DNA of 64,000 nt, taken from positions 277,840 through 341,839 of the forward strand of contig CAVTEU010000007.1 in NCBI GenBank assembly GCA_963733905.1. The letters are read 5' to 3'. Of the stretch, positions 48,593 through 59,639 are shown in pieces (the first letter of the stretch is position 1; each line of letters starts with the position of its first letter). Position numbers and translations under genes: made by a program. This DNA is from an uncultured Actinomycetes bacterium (GTDB lineage Bacteria > Actinomycetota > Acidimicrobiia > Spongiisociales > DATADW01). The notes beneath the pieces are model-generated. The model was not told the DNA's origin. It saw only the letters and a list, made by a program, of their open reading frames with translations, and did not search any database.

Positions 48593-49288
48593 TCAGTGCC
48601 CGTGCATCATGTGGGTGATCCGGGCGGTCCACTCGTGCTTGGTGGCCGCGGAGACGACCCGCATCGCCTCCTGGTACGCCTCCGAGGCCAGGAGCCGCTC
48701 CGCCGCCTCGGCGTCGGGCAGTTGGACATCGAGGATCCAGTCGAAGTCGGTCTTCAGCGATCCCACCCCGGTCCCGATGGTCACCCGCTCCACACCGTCG
48801 GCGTCCTTCGAGCCGGCGCACCGCATCGATGGCGGCGCTCTTGGCGTCCTCGGCGACCTCGTCCCTCCACACGAACATGGCGGCGTGACGTACTGCCCCG
48901 GCGTTATCAGGGGGACATCGCCGTCGTACCACCAGTCGACCCGCGCCGTCAGCTCCCCCTGCGAGACCTCGGCGTTGTACACCGCCACCTCGTGGTGGAC
49001 GTCGTCCTTGTTGTAGGCCTCGAGCCCTGCCTCGTCGGCGAAGTCGAGGTGGAGCGCCACGTCGAAGCTCGACGGAGGGCCGGTGGCGGCGGCGCGCCAG
49101 CGGGGCGTCCTGTCCCACGGTTTGGTGTCGTAGAGGTGGAGCGACCCCCCGAAGAGGTCGGAGCCGAAGTCGATGGCAACCGGCCCGGCGGCGGTGAACC
49201 GCATGTAGGCCGACCCCATCTGCATCCGCTTCATCTCCTCGGGCCCGTTGCCCGGTCTGAGCAGGAAAAGGGCGGAGTGTCTCAGCAC
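48593..49288 (-). pseudogene. tandem Dabb (stress-responsive alpha/beta barrel) domain protein, 2 internal frameshifts
   Basis: First Dabb domain: MLRHSALFLLRPG...HLDFADEAGLEAYNKDDVHHEV. Second Dabb domain: HAAMFVWRDEVAEDAKSAAIDAV (other frame), then FDWILDVQLPDAEAAERLLASEAYQEAM. Confidence 0.6.
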
Positions 49289-49334
49289 GTGGTTCCTCCT
49301 CGTGTTGAATCGATCGGTGGCGACGCGGCGCGGT

Positions 49335-50096
49335 TCACGCCTCGACCATCGGCGCTTCCATCTCCTCGAAGAGCTCGAGGATCTCTGCCTGCAGGATCGC
49401 CACGGCGCGATCGGTCTGGAGCCGGGGGAAAGGAAGGTCGATGGTCAGGTCGCGGAACACGACACCCTGGCTGCTCATCATGATGACCCGGCTCGACAAC
49501 AGGACCGCTTCCATCACGTCGTGGGTCACGAAGAGGACCGTGGACTTCGTGGCGAGCCACAATCGCTGCAGCTCGGCGCGCAGATCGCGTGCCGTGATGG
49601 CGTCGAGATGGCTGAACGGCTCGTCCATGAGCAGCAGATCCGGCTCGATCGACAGCGCCCTGGCGATACCCACCCGCTGCTGCATCCCACCCGATAGCTG
49701 GCCGGGATACATGCCGCCGCTGCCCTCGAGATTGACCAGCGACAGGAAACGCTTCCCGTGCTCGCTCCGCTCTTCGTTCGACCCTTCGTCGAGCACATAC
49801 TCCATGTTCTGCAGAACCGTCTTCCAGGGCAGGAGACGGGGGTCCTGGAAGACGTAGCCGATGCGCGCCTCGCCCTCGTTGCGACCGATCACCTGGAGGG
49901 TGCCGCCACTTGGCCGCTCGATCCCGGAGACCATGTTGAGGAAAGTGGTCTTGCCGCACCCCGACGGCCCCACCAGGGTCACGAAGGTGTGCCCCTCGGC
50001 CTGGAAGCTGATGTTGCGCAGCGCCACAACTGGTTCCTGGCCCGCCCGGGTGGGAGCGAAGACCTTTTTCACCTCTTGGGCGATCAGCCGCGCCAA
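49335..50096 (-). CDS. ABC transporter ATP-binding protein, NitT/TauT (nitrate/sulfonate/bicarbonate) family
   Basis: GPSGCGKTT, FQDPRLLPW, LSGGMQQRVGIARAL, LLMDEPFSHLD. Intact. Confidence 0.9.
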   Translation of the reverse strand: MARLIAQEVKKVFAPTRAGQEPVVALRNISFQAEGHTFVTLVGPSGCGKTTFLNMVSGIERPSGGTLQVIGRNEGEARIGYVFQDPRLLPWKTVLQNMEYVLDEGSNEERSEHGKRFLSLVNLEGSGGMYPGQLSGGMQQRVGIARALSIEPDLLLMDEPFSHLDAITARDLRAELQRLWLATKSTVLFVTHDVMEAVLLSSRVIMMSSQGVVFRDLTIDLPFPRLQTDRAVAILQAEILELFEEMEAPMVEA

Positions 50097-50109
50097 GCGC
50101 CACCTCCCG

Positions 50110-50940
50110 TCATGCCGACCACTCCTGTCCTCCCACCCTCCAGGCGCGCGCCCGATGCACCACGCGGTCCATCACCAGGCGGTCGAAGGCCAGGATGATG
50201 ACCATCATCACCACTCCCCACGCCATCATCCCCTCGAAGCTGCGGGCGTCGTACCAGAAGTGGGCGCGGAACCCGACCCCCTGGTCGTTGCCGAACCACT
50301 CGGTGAGCAGCACCGCACCCCACGCCGCAAGCACCGCCGATCGGAACCCGGCAGCGATGTACTCCATCATCGAAGGGATCACCAGCCAGCGGACCTGGCG
50401 CCTGGTGGACACCCGGTAGGCATCGGACATCGAGAGCAGCTTGCCGGGGGTGGCCGTCGCCCCTTGATAGGTGGACACCACCAGTTGCGGTGTCGCCGAG
50501 ACGATGGCAACGAAGATCGGGCCGATGTTGCTGAATCCCCACCACATGACCGCAAGCAGCGCCCAGATGAACGCCGGCAGGGTGATCCCCACGAGGACCA
50601 GGTCGGCGAGGAAGTAGCGGACCCGCCACCAGCGCGCCATCGCCACCCCGGTTGCCGTCCCGAGCAACAACACCACCGTCAGAGCGATCGTCACCCGGAC
50701 CAAGCTGATCCCGATATTGGGGAACACCTCGCCCCGTTGGAACTCCTCGATGAGGAAACCAAAAGTGGCCACCGGCGTCGGGATGTCGGCGAAGACGGTC
50801 CCCGCCAGCTGCCACATCAAGAGGAAGAGGATCCGGGCCGTCCAGCGAGCGGCACGATCCGAGGTGAGCCAGTGGTACCAGGGCCGGGGCTCGGGCTCGA
50901 GGGCGAGTTCGGGGTGGTCGGCGACCGTGGCGCTGGTCAC
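50110..50940 (-). CDS. ABC transporter permease (NitT/TauT family)
   Basis: Intact 276-aa multi-TM ORF with a BPD_transp_1-like core. It overlaps the upstream permease gene by 4 nt. Confidence 0.8.
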   Translation of the reverse strand: MTSATVADHPELALEPEPRPWYHWLTSDRAARWTARILFLLMWQLAGTVFADIPTPVATFGFLIEEFQRGEVFPNIGISLVRVTIALTVVLLLGTATGVAMARWWRVRYFLADLVLVGITLPAFIWALLAVMWWGFSNIGPIFVAIVSATPQLVVSTYQGATATPGKLLSMSDAYRVSTRRQVRWLVIPSMMEYIAAGFRSAVLAAWGAVLLTEWFGNDQGVGFRAHFWYDARSFEGMMAWGVVMMVIILAFDRLVMDRVVHRARAWRVGGQEWSA

Positions 50941-51782
50941 GTCCTGGCGCCCTTCGCCCCTGCCGGATCACGCCATGCGAATACCCGGCGCTCGGCCGGG
51001 GCGATGAGGAAGCGCTCCACGGCGATCACGAAGATCACGAAGAAGAACATCCACGCCAGGGCGGTGACCACCGAGAAGATCTGGAATGCCTTCTCCAACT
51101 GGTATCCGACCCCCAGATACCCGCCAAAGGTCTCGGCCAGGGCGGCCAGCTTCCATGAGTTGGCGAAGGAGACCCGGCCGCTGGCGAAGAGGAAGGGGAC
51201 CACCGAGGGGAAGACGATCGCCCGGGCCGTCTGGCGTGATGACCTCCGGAAGGAGCGGCTCATGGCGAGCAGTCCCCGGTCCACCGATTCCACCCCTGCG
51301 GCCACGTTGAGGGCGATCCCGGTGAAAGCCTCCAGGGCGACCACGAAGGCAGGACCCCAAGGACTGATCCCAAAGACGATCAAGGCGATCACCGCGTAGA
51401 CCAGCAGCGGCACGTTGGCGAACAGGTAGACGAAGTCGTGGAAGAAGGCGCGGGCGTAGCGGTAACGGCCCATCGCCAGCCCGATCGGGATGCCGATGGC
51501 CAGCGCCATCGCCCACCCCGCCATCGTCTTGACAAAGCTCGCCCCGAAGTTGATGAACACTTCGCCGGTGATCACCAGGCTCCACATCTCGGCAGCCACC
51601 GCCCATGGCGAAGGGAGCACGTATGGCTCGAAGACGAATGCCGAGAAGAGAGCCCAGAAACCGATGAAGGCAACCATCCCGAGCACCGACCAGAGCACCC
51701 GGTCGCGCGAGCGCCGGCCCGCCACCAGTGTGTCGATGGCCTCCTGTTCGATCTCCTCGAGGCTCTTCTCGACGGTTGTCAT
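50937..51782 (-). CDS. ABC transporter permease (NitT/TauT family)
   Basis: Intact 281-aa multi-TM ORF. An EAA-like loop is present (VDRGLLAMSRSFRRSSRQ). Confidence 0.8.
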   Translation of the reverse strand: MTTVEKSLEEIEQEAIDTLVAGRRSRDRVLWSVLGMVAFIGFWALFSAFVFEPYVLPSPWAVAAEMWSLVITGEVFINFGASFVKTMAGWAMALAIGIPIGLAMGRYRYARAFFHDFVYLFANVPLLVYAVIALIVFGISPWGPAFVVALEAFTGIALNVAAGVESVDRGLLAMSRSFRRSSRQTARAIVFPSVVPFLFASGRVSFANSWKLAALAETFGGYLGVGYQLEKAFQIFSVVTALAWMFFFVIFVIAVERFLIAPAERRVFAWRDPAGAKGART

Positions 51783-51871
51783 GGCCTCCTACGGGCTATC
51801 AGGCTCGAGGCACCACCCGATGGCCCGCCGCGTCGGGACAGTCCCCGAAATCGGCTTCCCGCACCAGGCTG

Positions 51872-52943
51872 TCAGGTGCCTTCGGGGCACGGAGAGTCAT
51901 CGGCCGGCTCCATCGGCTCGTGGCGGGGAAACTCGGCGTCCTCGGCGACGATCCCGGCCTCCTGCACCAGGTCGAAGACGGGCTCCTCCCCCTCGATCCA
52001 CTCCTCGGTCAGGTAGGGGCTCTCGACGAACCAGTCGAAGGTGTTGGCGAAGTAGTCCTTCATGAACTGCGCCTGCGACTCGTCGTCCACCGCGAAATGC
52101 TGCGGGTAGGTGTCGATGATCTCGTCGCGGTGCTCCGCCCACTGCACCATGGCGCAGTCCCACACCTCGAGGAAGAAGGCAGCCGCTTCGGGGTTGGCGT
52201 CGAACCATGCCTCCCGCGAGACGAATGCGTTGGAGAGAACGCCCTCGTGCCCCGGCACGATGTTCTCGCCGTAGAGCTGCGAAGCCGACTTGCCGTCGTA
52301 CATCACGGTCAGGTCGCCCGACGCCATCGCCGGGATCACCTGGGTGGGATCGAGGATCCCGGCGCACGCCTCACCCTCCTTCAGCAGCGTGGGGATCACC
52401 TGGTAGTCGGCGGTGACGATCCCGAGGTCGTCCGAGCCCTCGGCGAGCTCCCTGCCATCGAGCTCGTTGATCAACGAGGCCCAGATGATGGTGTTGCCGG
52501 TGACCGACTCGCTGGCGATCCGGCATCCTTCGGGAAGGTCCGATGCCGTCTGGTACGAGGGGTCGGCGGTGACCAGAACGTCCTTGTTCATGTTGAACTG
52601 ACCGAACGTCGACCGTGTCGATCCCCTGCTCTTCGAGCAGAGGCGTCTCGTAGGTGCCGGTCGAGATGACGTCGGCGTGCCCGCCGGCGAAGGTGGCGAA
52701 CTCGTCCCACGTCGCAAGCTGGAGGATCCGGAAGCCGGACTCCTGCTCCATCGTCTCGAGGATCCCCTGGTCCTTCATCCAGTCCCACGCCGGATCGGGG
52801 GCGAAGGTGAACCGGATGACGTCGGATTCCTCCCCTGCGGCCCCGCCGGACACGGTCGTTTCGGTTCCGCCGGTCTGGCCACCGCAGGCCGCCGCCACCA
52901 GCGCCAAGAGGGCGACCATGGCCGTCAGAGTTCTCCGGGACAT
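51872..52943 (-). pseudogene. ABC transporter substrate-binding lipoprotein (NMT1/THI5-like), 1 frameshift near 52610
   Basis: The lipobox is MSRRTLTAMVALLALVAAACGG. IRFTFAPDPAWDWMKDQGILE...GGHADVISTGTYE is in one frame. FGQFNMNKDVLVTADPS... to the stop is in a second frame. Confidence 0.8.
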
Positions 52944-52999
52944 CCTGACCTCCCGTGGAATTCGGTCCGATCCGGCACTCTATAGGATGTTAGGAGCCG

Positions 53000-53036
53000 A
53001 CGCTGAGAACGTGTGTGTACGATTGTCAGCGTTTTT
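53000..53036 (+). terminator. plus-strand intrinsic-terminator-like hairpin in an AT-rich spacer
   Basis: ACGCTGA-N19-TCAGCGT is followed by TTTT (53033-53036). Both flanking genes are on the minus strand. Confidence 0.25.
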
Positions 53037-53057
53037 CTACGTTCTATGGGATCGCTG

Positions 53058-53829
53058 CTACTCGGCGGGAAGCGACTCCCGCAGACTGCGCTCGATCTCG
53101 ACCAACCCGTCGAGATAGCTGTCCAGGTCCTCTCTGAGCACCTTGACCTGCTCGGAAGCCCGCTGCTCCGCTCCACTCCCCGGTGCGCCCAGCGCCAGCC
53201 CAGCGGTCTTGACCGCCAGCGTGTCGATCCCGGTGATCGTGCTCGCCACCTGGGCCAACGTCTCGTTGCGCCGCCGCCGCACCGTCTCCACCACCTCCAG
53301 TTGCTCGCGCAGCTCGGCGGCCACCGCCGACTGGGGGTCGATCGCCTCGAGACGCTGGTCGAGGCCCTGGGCGCCGACCGTGTCGAGGAACTCGTCGGCC
53401 TTCTGCGACCACAACACCGAGTCGTATAGCTGACGGCAGACGTCGTCGACCCGGACCTTCATCCCGGCGATCCCGGTGTCGCCCGGGAGGTCACTGGTGG
53501 CTTCTCCCAACCGGTCGCGTGCCGCCAGCGCCGACGCCATGTAGCGGAGGTGCTCCTCGTCGAGCACGCTGAGGTCGCGGTCGAACTGCGGCGCCAGGAG
53601 CGAACCGACCAGCTTGGGGTCGCGGAGGTGGAGGATCACCGATGTGATCCATGCCGCGATCCCGGCGCCGATCGCCCAGGGCAGAGTCACCAGACCCGTC
53701 AACAGCCCGAGCGCAGCGAGCGCACCCCCGGTGACCAGGCCGGCGGGAGAAACGGTCGCCTTGGCCAGGATCCTCCCCCGGCGAACCCGGGGGTCGTTGC
53801 GGAAGACGGTGGAGAAGCGCTCGCTCAAA
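53058..53829 (-). CDS. membrane protein with 2 TM segments and a long coiled-coil tail (XpaC/TelA-like architecture)
   Basis: The TTG start overlaps the stop of the VWA gene (TTTTGA). The TM segments are GLVTGGALAALGLLTGLV and AIGAGIAAWITSVIL. About 180 aa of helical E/L/R/A-rich sequence follows. Confidence 0.5.
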
Positions 53830-55610
53830 AGTTCGAGATGACCGACTGGAAGACGCGCTCGATGGTGAGCGGGTCGGTGGCCAGGTAGAGGCGGGCCGAC
53901 GTGCGCGTCGGCGATCGCCTGGAGTGCTTCCACGTCGGCGTCCTCGCCGTATGCCACCGGGAAGACCCTCACCGTCTCCCGCTCGCTCGAACCGAGGAAC
54001 TCGAGGAGCGGATCGAGTTCGCAGCCGGGCGGGTCGTCTTCGCACATCCCGTCGCTGAGGAGGACCACGGCGTTGATCTTGCTCGGGTCGAGCCCGTCAC
54101 GCACCGCCTGCACAGTCGCCGCGGTGGAGTCGTACAGCCCGGTCCCGCCGTCGGCGATGAGCGATTGCACGGACTGCTCGATCTCACCCCGCGTGTCGCG
54201 CAGCGGCCCAGGTGGGACCAGTTCGACGTAGTCACGCTCCCCATCGAGGAAGGTTGAGAACACCCACAGCCCCACCTCGTCCTGCGGCTGGAACTCGTCG
54301 AGGCTCCCCAGGACCGCTTCCTTCGCCAGGTCGAGCTTGGTGAACCCCTCGCCGCCGAGGTCGCCCATCGAACCACTCACGTCGAGCAGCATGATGACCC
54401 GCGCCCTCTTGCGGTATTGCTCCCAGCTGTCGATCAGCCCGACCAGCACCTCGGGGGCGGGAAGCTCGAGCTCGGTCTCGGGCTGCGACGGGTTGAGCCC
54501 ATTGGCGCTGTTGATCGGGTCGCCCACGGGAACAGCGGGATTCCCTGGACGGAAGCCGAACTCGAGCACCTTCGCCTGGTTCTCCGGGTCGTCGACCACG
54601 GATTGGCGGAAAGCGAGGGCGGCCTCACGCTGCACGTCGGTCACCCAGGGAGCGTCGAGCACGTACGCCGGGTTGTCCGAGAAGAGCGTGCCCTCCTTCG
54701 GATAGACCGCCACCAGCGGCACGTTTGGCGGCTCGAGGCCTTCGTCACCGGTGTCGGCCGGATCGCCGCGGTTGTAGGCGAGGATGCTGACCTCCTCGAC
54801 GGCGACCGCCGACACGTAGGTCAGCGGCCTCCCCGCCAGGTCCTCGCGCAGCATGTTGTCGAGGAAGGTGAGGGTGGTGTCCCCGTAGTGGACGACCGAC
54901 TCCTCGACCCCGGTGACGAACTCCCTCACCTGGGTCGAGCCGACGTCGTCGAGGGTGAGCCCCGAGGTCTTGCCGGTGGCGCCGTAGAAGGTGGCGACCG
55001 TGGCCGACAGACCCGATGTCGAGAAGTTGGGGTTGGTCTTGCCGAGACGGAACGGCCCCCACTCCGGGTGGCCGAACGCACCCCATCCATCCGGGTCTCT
55101 GGACAGCTCGAGGACGTCTCCCCACCCGATCTCGGCCTCGGGCCAGCCGAGTGCCTCGGCCATGGGGCGGGGCATCCCCAGGACGAGCGGGGTGAGCATG
55201 ATCCGCTCGAAGTCGTTGGCGATCGGCTCCTCGCCCGCCTCGCTGAGTCTCTGGTTGACGATCGATCCCCAACTCGAGGCGGCGGGGCTCCACAGCACGG
55301 GCTGCGGTCCCTCGGGGATGCCCTCGGGCCACCCGGCCGAGAGGAGGTTCGCCGCTACGCCCGAGGAGACCCGGTAAACGGTGACGGACGCACATTGCCC
55401 GTCCACCTCGAACCCTGTTGCGTTGAACTCGGCGGCGAGATCGGTGAGCAGCGTGAACTTCTCCGGTGAGGTGGCGACCGGCACCTCGACGCACCCGGCG
55501 GCGACGGTCGGGCCCGGGCCCCCCGAGATGGTGGTGTCGCTGGAACCGGCGGTACAGGCCCCAACGAGAACCAGCACGACGAGGAGCGACCCAAGGGTTG
55601 ATGACTTCAT
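53825..55610 (-). pseudogene. substrate-binding + von Willebrand factor A domain lipoprotein, 1 frameshift near 53890
   Basis: The lipobox is MKSSTLGSLLVVLVLVGAC. An SBP-like N-terminal half is followed by VWA MIDAS DVSGSM, then LSDG. The true C-terminus LYLATDPLTIERVFQSVISNF-stop is in another frame. Confidence 0.8.
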
Positions 55611-55617
55611 GTGCCTG

Positions 55618-56569
55618 TCATTGTGTCAGGTCGCGCCAGCTGTCGAGGAGCGTCTGGCTGGTGGCGTCGTCGAGCGGCGGCGACTGGACGCCTGGCTGCC
55701 CCAGGCCCTCGGGCAGCTCACCAGGATCGCCGCTGGGGGGTCGAAGCCCGGCCGGCCCGAGCAATGAGGCGATGTCCGGTTCGAGCAGACGCTCGGCGGT
55801 CCGCCGGGCATCGGACCCTCCCCCAGGCGCCACGACGTAACTCACCCAGGGAGCCGGGTCGGGGTAGGTGACCACCAACCGGCCGCCGCGACCCGGCGCA
55901 TTGGCCAGTTGCGAGGCGATGGCAACCTCGGTGGTCACCGCGGCATCGGCCCGGCTCGGCCCGAACAGCACCATGTCGGCCATCAGCCGGCCATCATCGC
56001 TGGCGACCAGACGGAGGCTTTCGGCCAGCCCTTCTGGGCGTCCCGTCCCCAGCCAGGGCGCTCCAGGCTGCCAAGCCCGCCTCGGTGAGAGTTGGGTCGG
56101 CCAGCCCGAGCTTGAAGATCCCCCAACTGTCGCTGCCCCCCAGGTCCGACCATTGCTGACCGAGCGCTCCTTCCACACAGGCGAGGTCGGGATCTCCGCC
56201 GCAACCCGAAGAGAGCACATTCGCCCGCTCCAGCCAAACCGCCACGGCGACAGGCGATCTGGCGAGCTCACCTGAACTGGCCAGCCCGTCGGGAAGATCT
56301 CCGGGAGGCGCCACCAGCACCTCGTCCTCGGATATGGGGTCACCCGCGGTCCAGGTGCGGACAGCAGCGTCTACTTCCTCGCCGAGCGAGTCGCACGCCG
56401 GGCGCAGCGACAGCGGGCAGGCCAGGGTGACATCGGCTGTCGCCGGTGGGCCGGTTGCGGTGGTGGTCGTGCCGTTGTCTGGAGCGGTGATGCGAGGTAT
56501 CGCCCATCCGGCAAGTAGGACCAGACCGCCGACGATTGCGGCTACAAGGGCAGCCCGCCACCCACTCAC
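55618..56569 (-). pseudogene. membrane-anchored extracellular protein (solute-binding-like), 1 frameshift near 56040
   Basis: The N-terminal anchor is WRAALVAAIVGGLVLLAGWAI. Extracellular Cys pairs are present. The gene is co-oriented with, and 8 nt upstream of, the SBP-VWA gene. Confidence 0.5.
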
Positions 56570-56683
56570 CCGCCACCATCGATCCGCATTTGAGCCTGCG
56601 ATGGTACTGGGATCGGTGTCGTCGGACCCCTCCGCTGAACTCGGCGGCGCAGGTACCGTCGGCGCACCCTGGAGGCGGCGGCT

Positions 56684-57284
56684 TGTTCGAAGATCTGATC
56701 GGATGGATCGAATCGCTCGCCAGCGCGCGCTGGTTCCCGTTCCTGGTGCTCGCCATAGCGCTGCTCGATGCCATCTTCCCGGTCGTCCCCAGCGAGACCG
56801 CAGTCATCACCGGCGGAGTGGCCGCCGGCTACGGAGAACAGACCCTGTGGGTCATCATCGCTGCCGGCGCGTTGGGCGCATTCCTCGGTGACAACATCGC
56901 ATATCAGATCGGCCGGTCTGGCTCGTCGTGGGTACGCAGGCGTGCCTCCGGCCGGATGCAGTCCAGGATCGACTGGGCGTCTCACCATTTGCGCAAACGG
57001 GGCGGGCCGCTGCTGGTGACGGCGCGCTTCATCCCCGGAGGCCGCAGTGCAGTCACCCTGGCGTCAGGGCTAACCAGACAGCCAGGGGACCGTTCGCAGC
57101 CTGGGTGGCGCTCGCCGGGCTGCTTTGGGCAGCTATGGCGCCCTGCTCGGCTACTTCTTCGGGGAGCGGTTCCAGGACAACCACACCGTCGCCTTCCTTT
57201 TGGCGTTCGGCGCCGCACTGGCTGCTGGCGCTGGTGATCGAGGTCGTGCGGCGTCTGGTGGAGCGCCGCAGCGGTGATGACTGA
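56684..57284 (+). pseudogene. DedA/SNARE-associated family membrane protein, >=2 frameshifts
   Basis: FPFLVLAIALLDAIFPVVPSETAVITGG...GAFLGDNIAYQIGR...LLVTARFIPGGRSAVTLASG. The C-terminal TM region is in other frames. Confidence 0.75.
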
Positions 57285-57372
57285 GCCGACGATGTCGAAG
57301 CCGATGAAGACCGACTGAGCGGCGGCGCCCTCTCCCCGCCTTAAGCTTGTGCTGCAACGGGAGAGTGGGTGA

Positions 57373-59600
57373 ATGACAGTCGACGTGACCGGCGAATCTT
57401 CTCGCGACCTGCGTCTCACAGACGCGTTGGAATCGGCAGCCCCTGGGGTTGTCGTCGTGCTCGCACAATCCCCGATCGGCGCCGCCGGCCCCGTGGCGGA
57501 GGCCATCGGACAGGCGGGGTCTGACCGGTTTCAGGAGGACCGCCGGCCGTGAGCCCGCCAGATCGCGGCCCGGGGCCATCGCCGTCGAGTTGGGCATCGA
57601 TGCCTCGTCGCTAGCCGCCGGTGGGAGGCCGCAGGCGGTTCTTCTCGAGGAGGCACAGTGGGCCGACCCGACCTCGCTCGGGTTGCTCCGCCATCTCATC
57701 ACCCGCCCCGACGGTGTCCGGCTGATGGTCATCGCCCACCGCCCACCGGACGAACTCGACCGTTGGTGGCTCGAATCCATTGCGGCAGCCGCCAGGGACC
57801 ACGGCGTCCTGATCGAGACGACCGGTGCCGAAGATGCTCCCGACCGCTCCCTCGAGCAGCTCGATGAGGCCGGCCGAGAACTGGTGACTGCCGCCTCGAT
57901 GGCCGGGGAGCCCATCACCGTGGAGGAGGCCGCCACCATCCTCTCGCTTGGTGAGACCGAGGCGCTCGGCGTTGCCGAGGCCGCCTCCTCCGCAGGCTGG
58001 CTCCTCGAGCTGCGGGGCGGGTTCATCTACTCCCCCTCGGCCGGGCCCCTGACCATCGGAGAGAGCAGACGGGGTCACGAGGCGGCCCGTCTCGCCTCGG
58101 TGTTGGAGGCCGCCGGCGGTGACGCCGGGGTCATCGGCTACCACCACCTCGACGCAGGCCACCCCGAGGTCCCGCCTTTTCTCGGCTGGCCGCCGCCGCC
58201 ATCGAAGCCGACCAGCATCGGGCGGTCAGGTGAGGCGTATCACCTCGCCGAGACCGCTCTCGGGGCTCAACCGGGGGCCGCCGTGTCCGACCCGGAGACG
58301 GCGGGGCGGTTGCACCTCATCTGCGGTCGTTTCCTCCACTGGGCCGGGTTATCGGAGCGGGCTGCCGAACACCTCGTCGCCGCCACCCGGCTGCTCACAG
58401 GGGTGGAGCGGATCGACGCCCTCGGCTTCGAGACGGCGGTTGCCGGCGATCGGCAGATGCCTCAGGAGGCCGAGCGGATATCCGCCATCGCATGTTGGGA
58501 GGCGAGCCGCCAGGGCGAGACCGCCAAGCTCGGTTCGCTCTACGACCCTGCGCGCCCACCAGGTGGACCGGATCGGTTTCTCCGCCGAGGCCGAGATCAT
58601 GCTCGACCGCGCCGACGTCCTCCTCGAGCAGGCGGCCACACCGGTACAGCGGTACTACGCCGCCGTCAACCGCGGCTGGATCGCCCTCGACCATGGGGAA
58701 TTCGCCCATGCGGAACGCGAGTTCGCCCGTCTCCGTGACGAGGCGATGGCGAGCGAGCCGGAGGCATCGCAGGCGGACAAGGAGGCTTGCTGGGGACGGG
58801 CGCTGTTGGCGACAGGGCAGGTGGACGAAGGTCTCGCCGCCCTGGACCGCGCCGAGGAGCTCGCCGGGAGCGCCAATGTCGAGGCACCGGTCTTCCTCGC
58901 CGAGATCGCCAGGGCCGAGGCGGTCGATCGCCATCGGGGCGCTACGAGGATGGCCTGACGGCTGCGAACCGGGTCCTCGATCTCGTCGAGCGCAGGCTGC
59001 CTGCCTGGGAAAACGTTGCACGGGCCCTCCGCGCCCAATCCCTCATCGGCTTGGGCCGGGTCGAGGAGGCCTCTACCGAGATCGCCGCCGCCTCGCCGCC
59101 TGCCCGCCCGGCGCCGACGGGTGTCGCTGGCGTGCCCGTTGCCGCGCCCTCCAGTTGGAGATCCAGACCTCGTTGGGGAGCCCATGGCCGGCGCAGGAGG
59201 CAGCCGACCTCGCCGACCAGATGCTCCACTCCAAGCTCTATCACTGGGCCATCGACCTGATGTGTGCCCGCGCCATCCACGAGAAGGACGACGAGATCGC
59301 CGCCGCCGCGCTCGGTCTGGCAGTCGAGACCGGCAACCCGATGGGTGCAGCCCGGGCGGCAACCGCAGGGCGTCTTGTGGGGCAAGCCCGCCGCCGCCCC
59401 CGCCGTCCGCTCGGTACAGCGCATGGCGGCATCGGTGCCCGCAGAGTGGCGTCCTCAGTGGGAGGCGCTCCCCGAGGTCGAACCCGCCTTGTCCGCTCCC
59501 CCACCGGACGACGACGCCGTGGCGGCTGCCGACCACGATGAGGCACTGGACCGGATCCTGGCCGCATCGGGCCTGGCGGGTGTCGAAACCGTGCTCAGCC
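57373..59600 (+). pseudogene. large ATPase-like/TPR regulator remnant (LAL/STAND-like N-terminus with degenerate Walker A), >=5 frameshifts
   Basis: VVVVLAQSPIGAAG sits where GEPGIGKS is expected. AVLLEEAQWADPTSLGLLRHLI is a Walker-B/HWAD-like block. It is followed by TPR-like helical repeats spread over all three frames. The 3' end is very approximate. Confidence 0.45.
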
Positions 59601-59639
59601 CGGCCCAGAGGCGAGCCAGGGGGTTGGTCGGTCCCCGTC

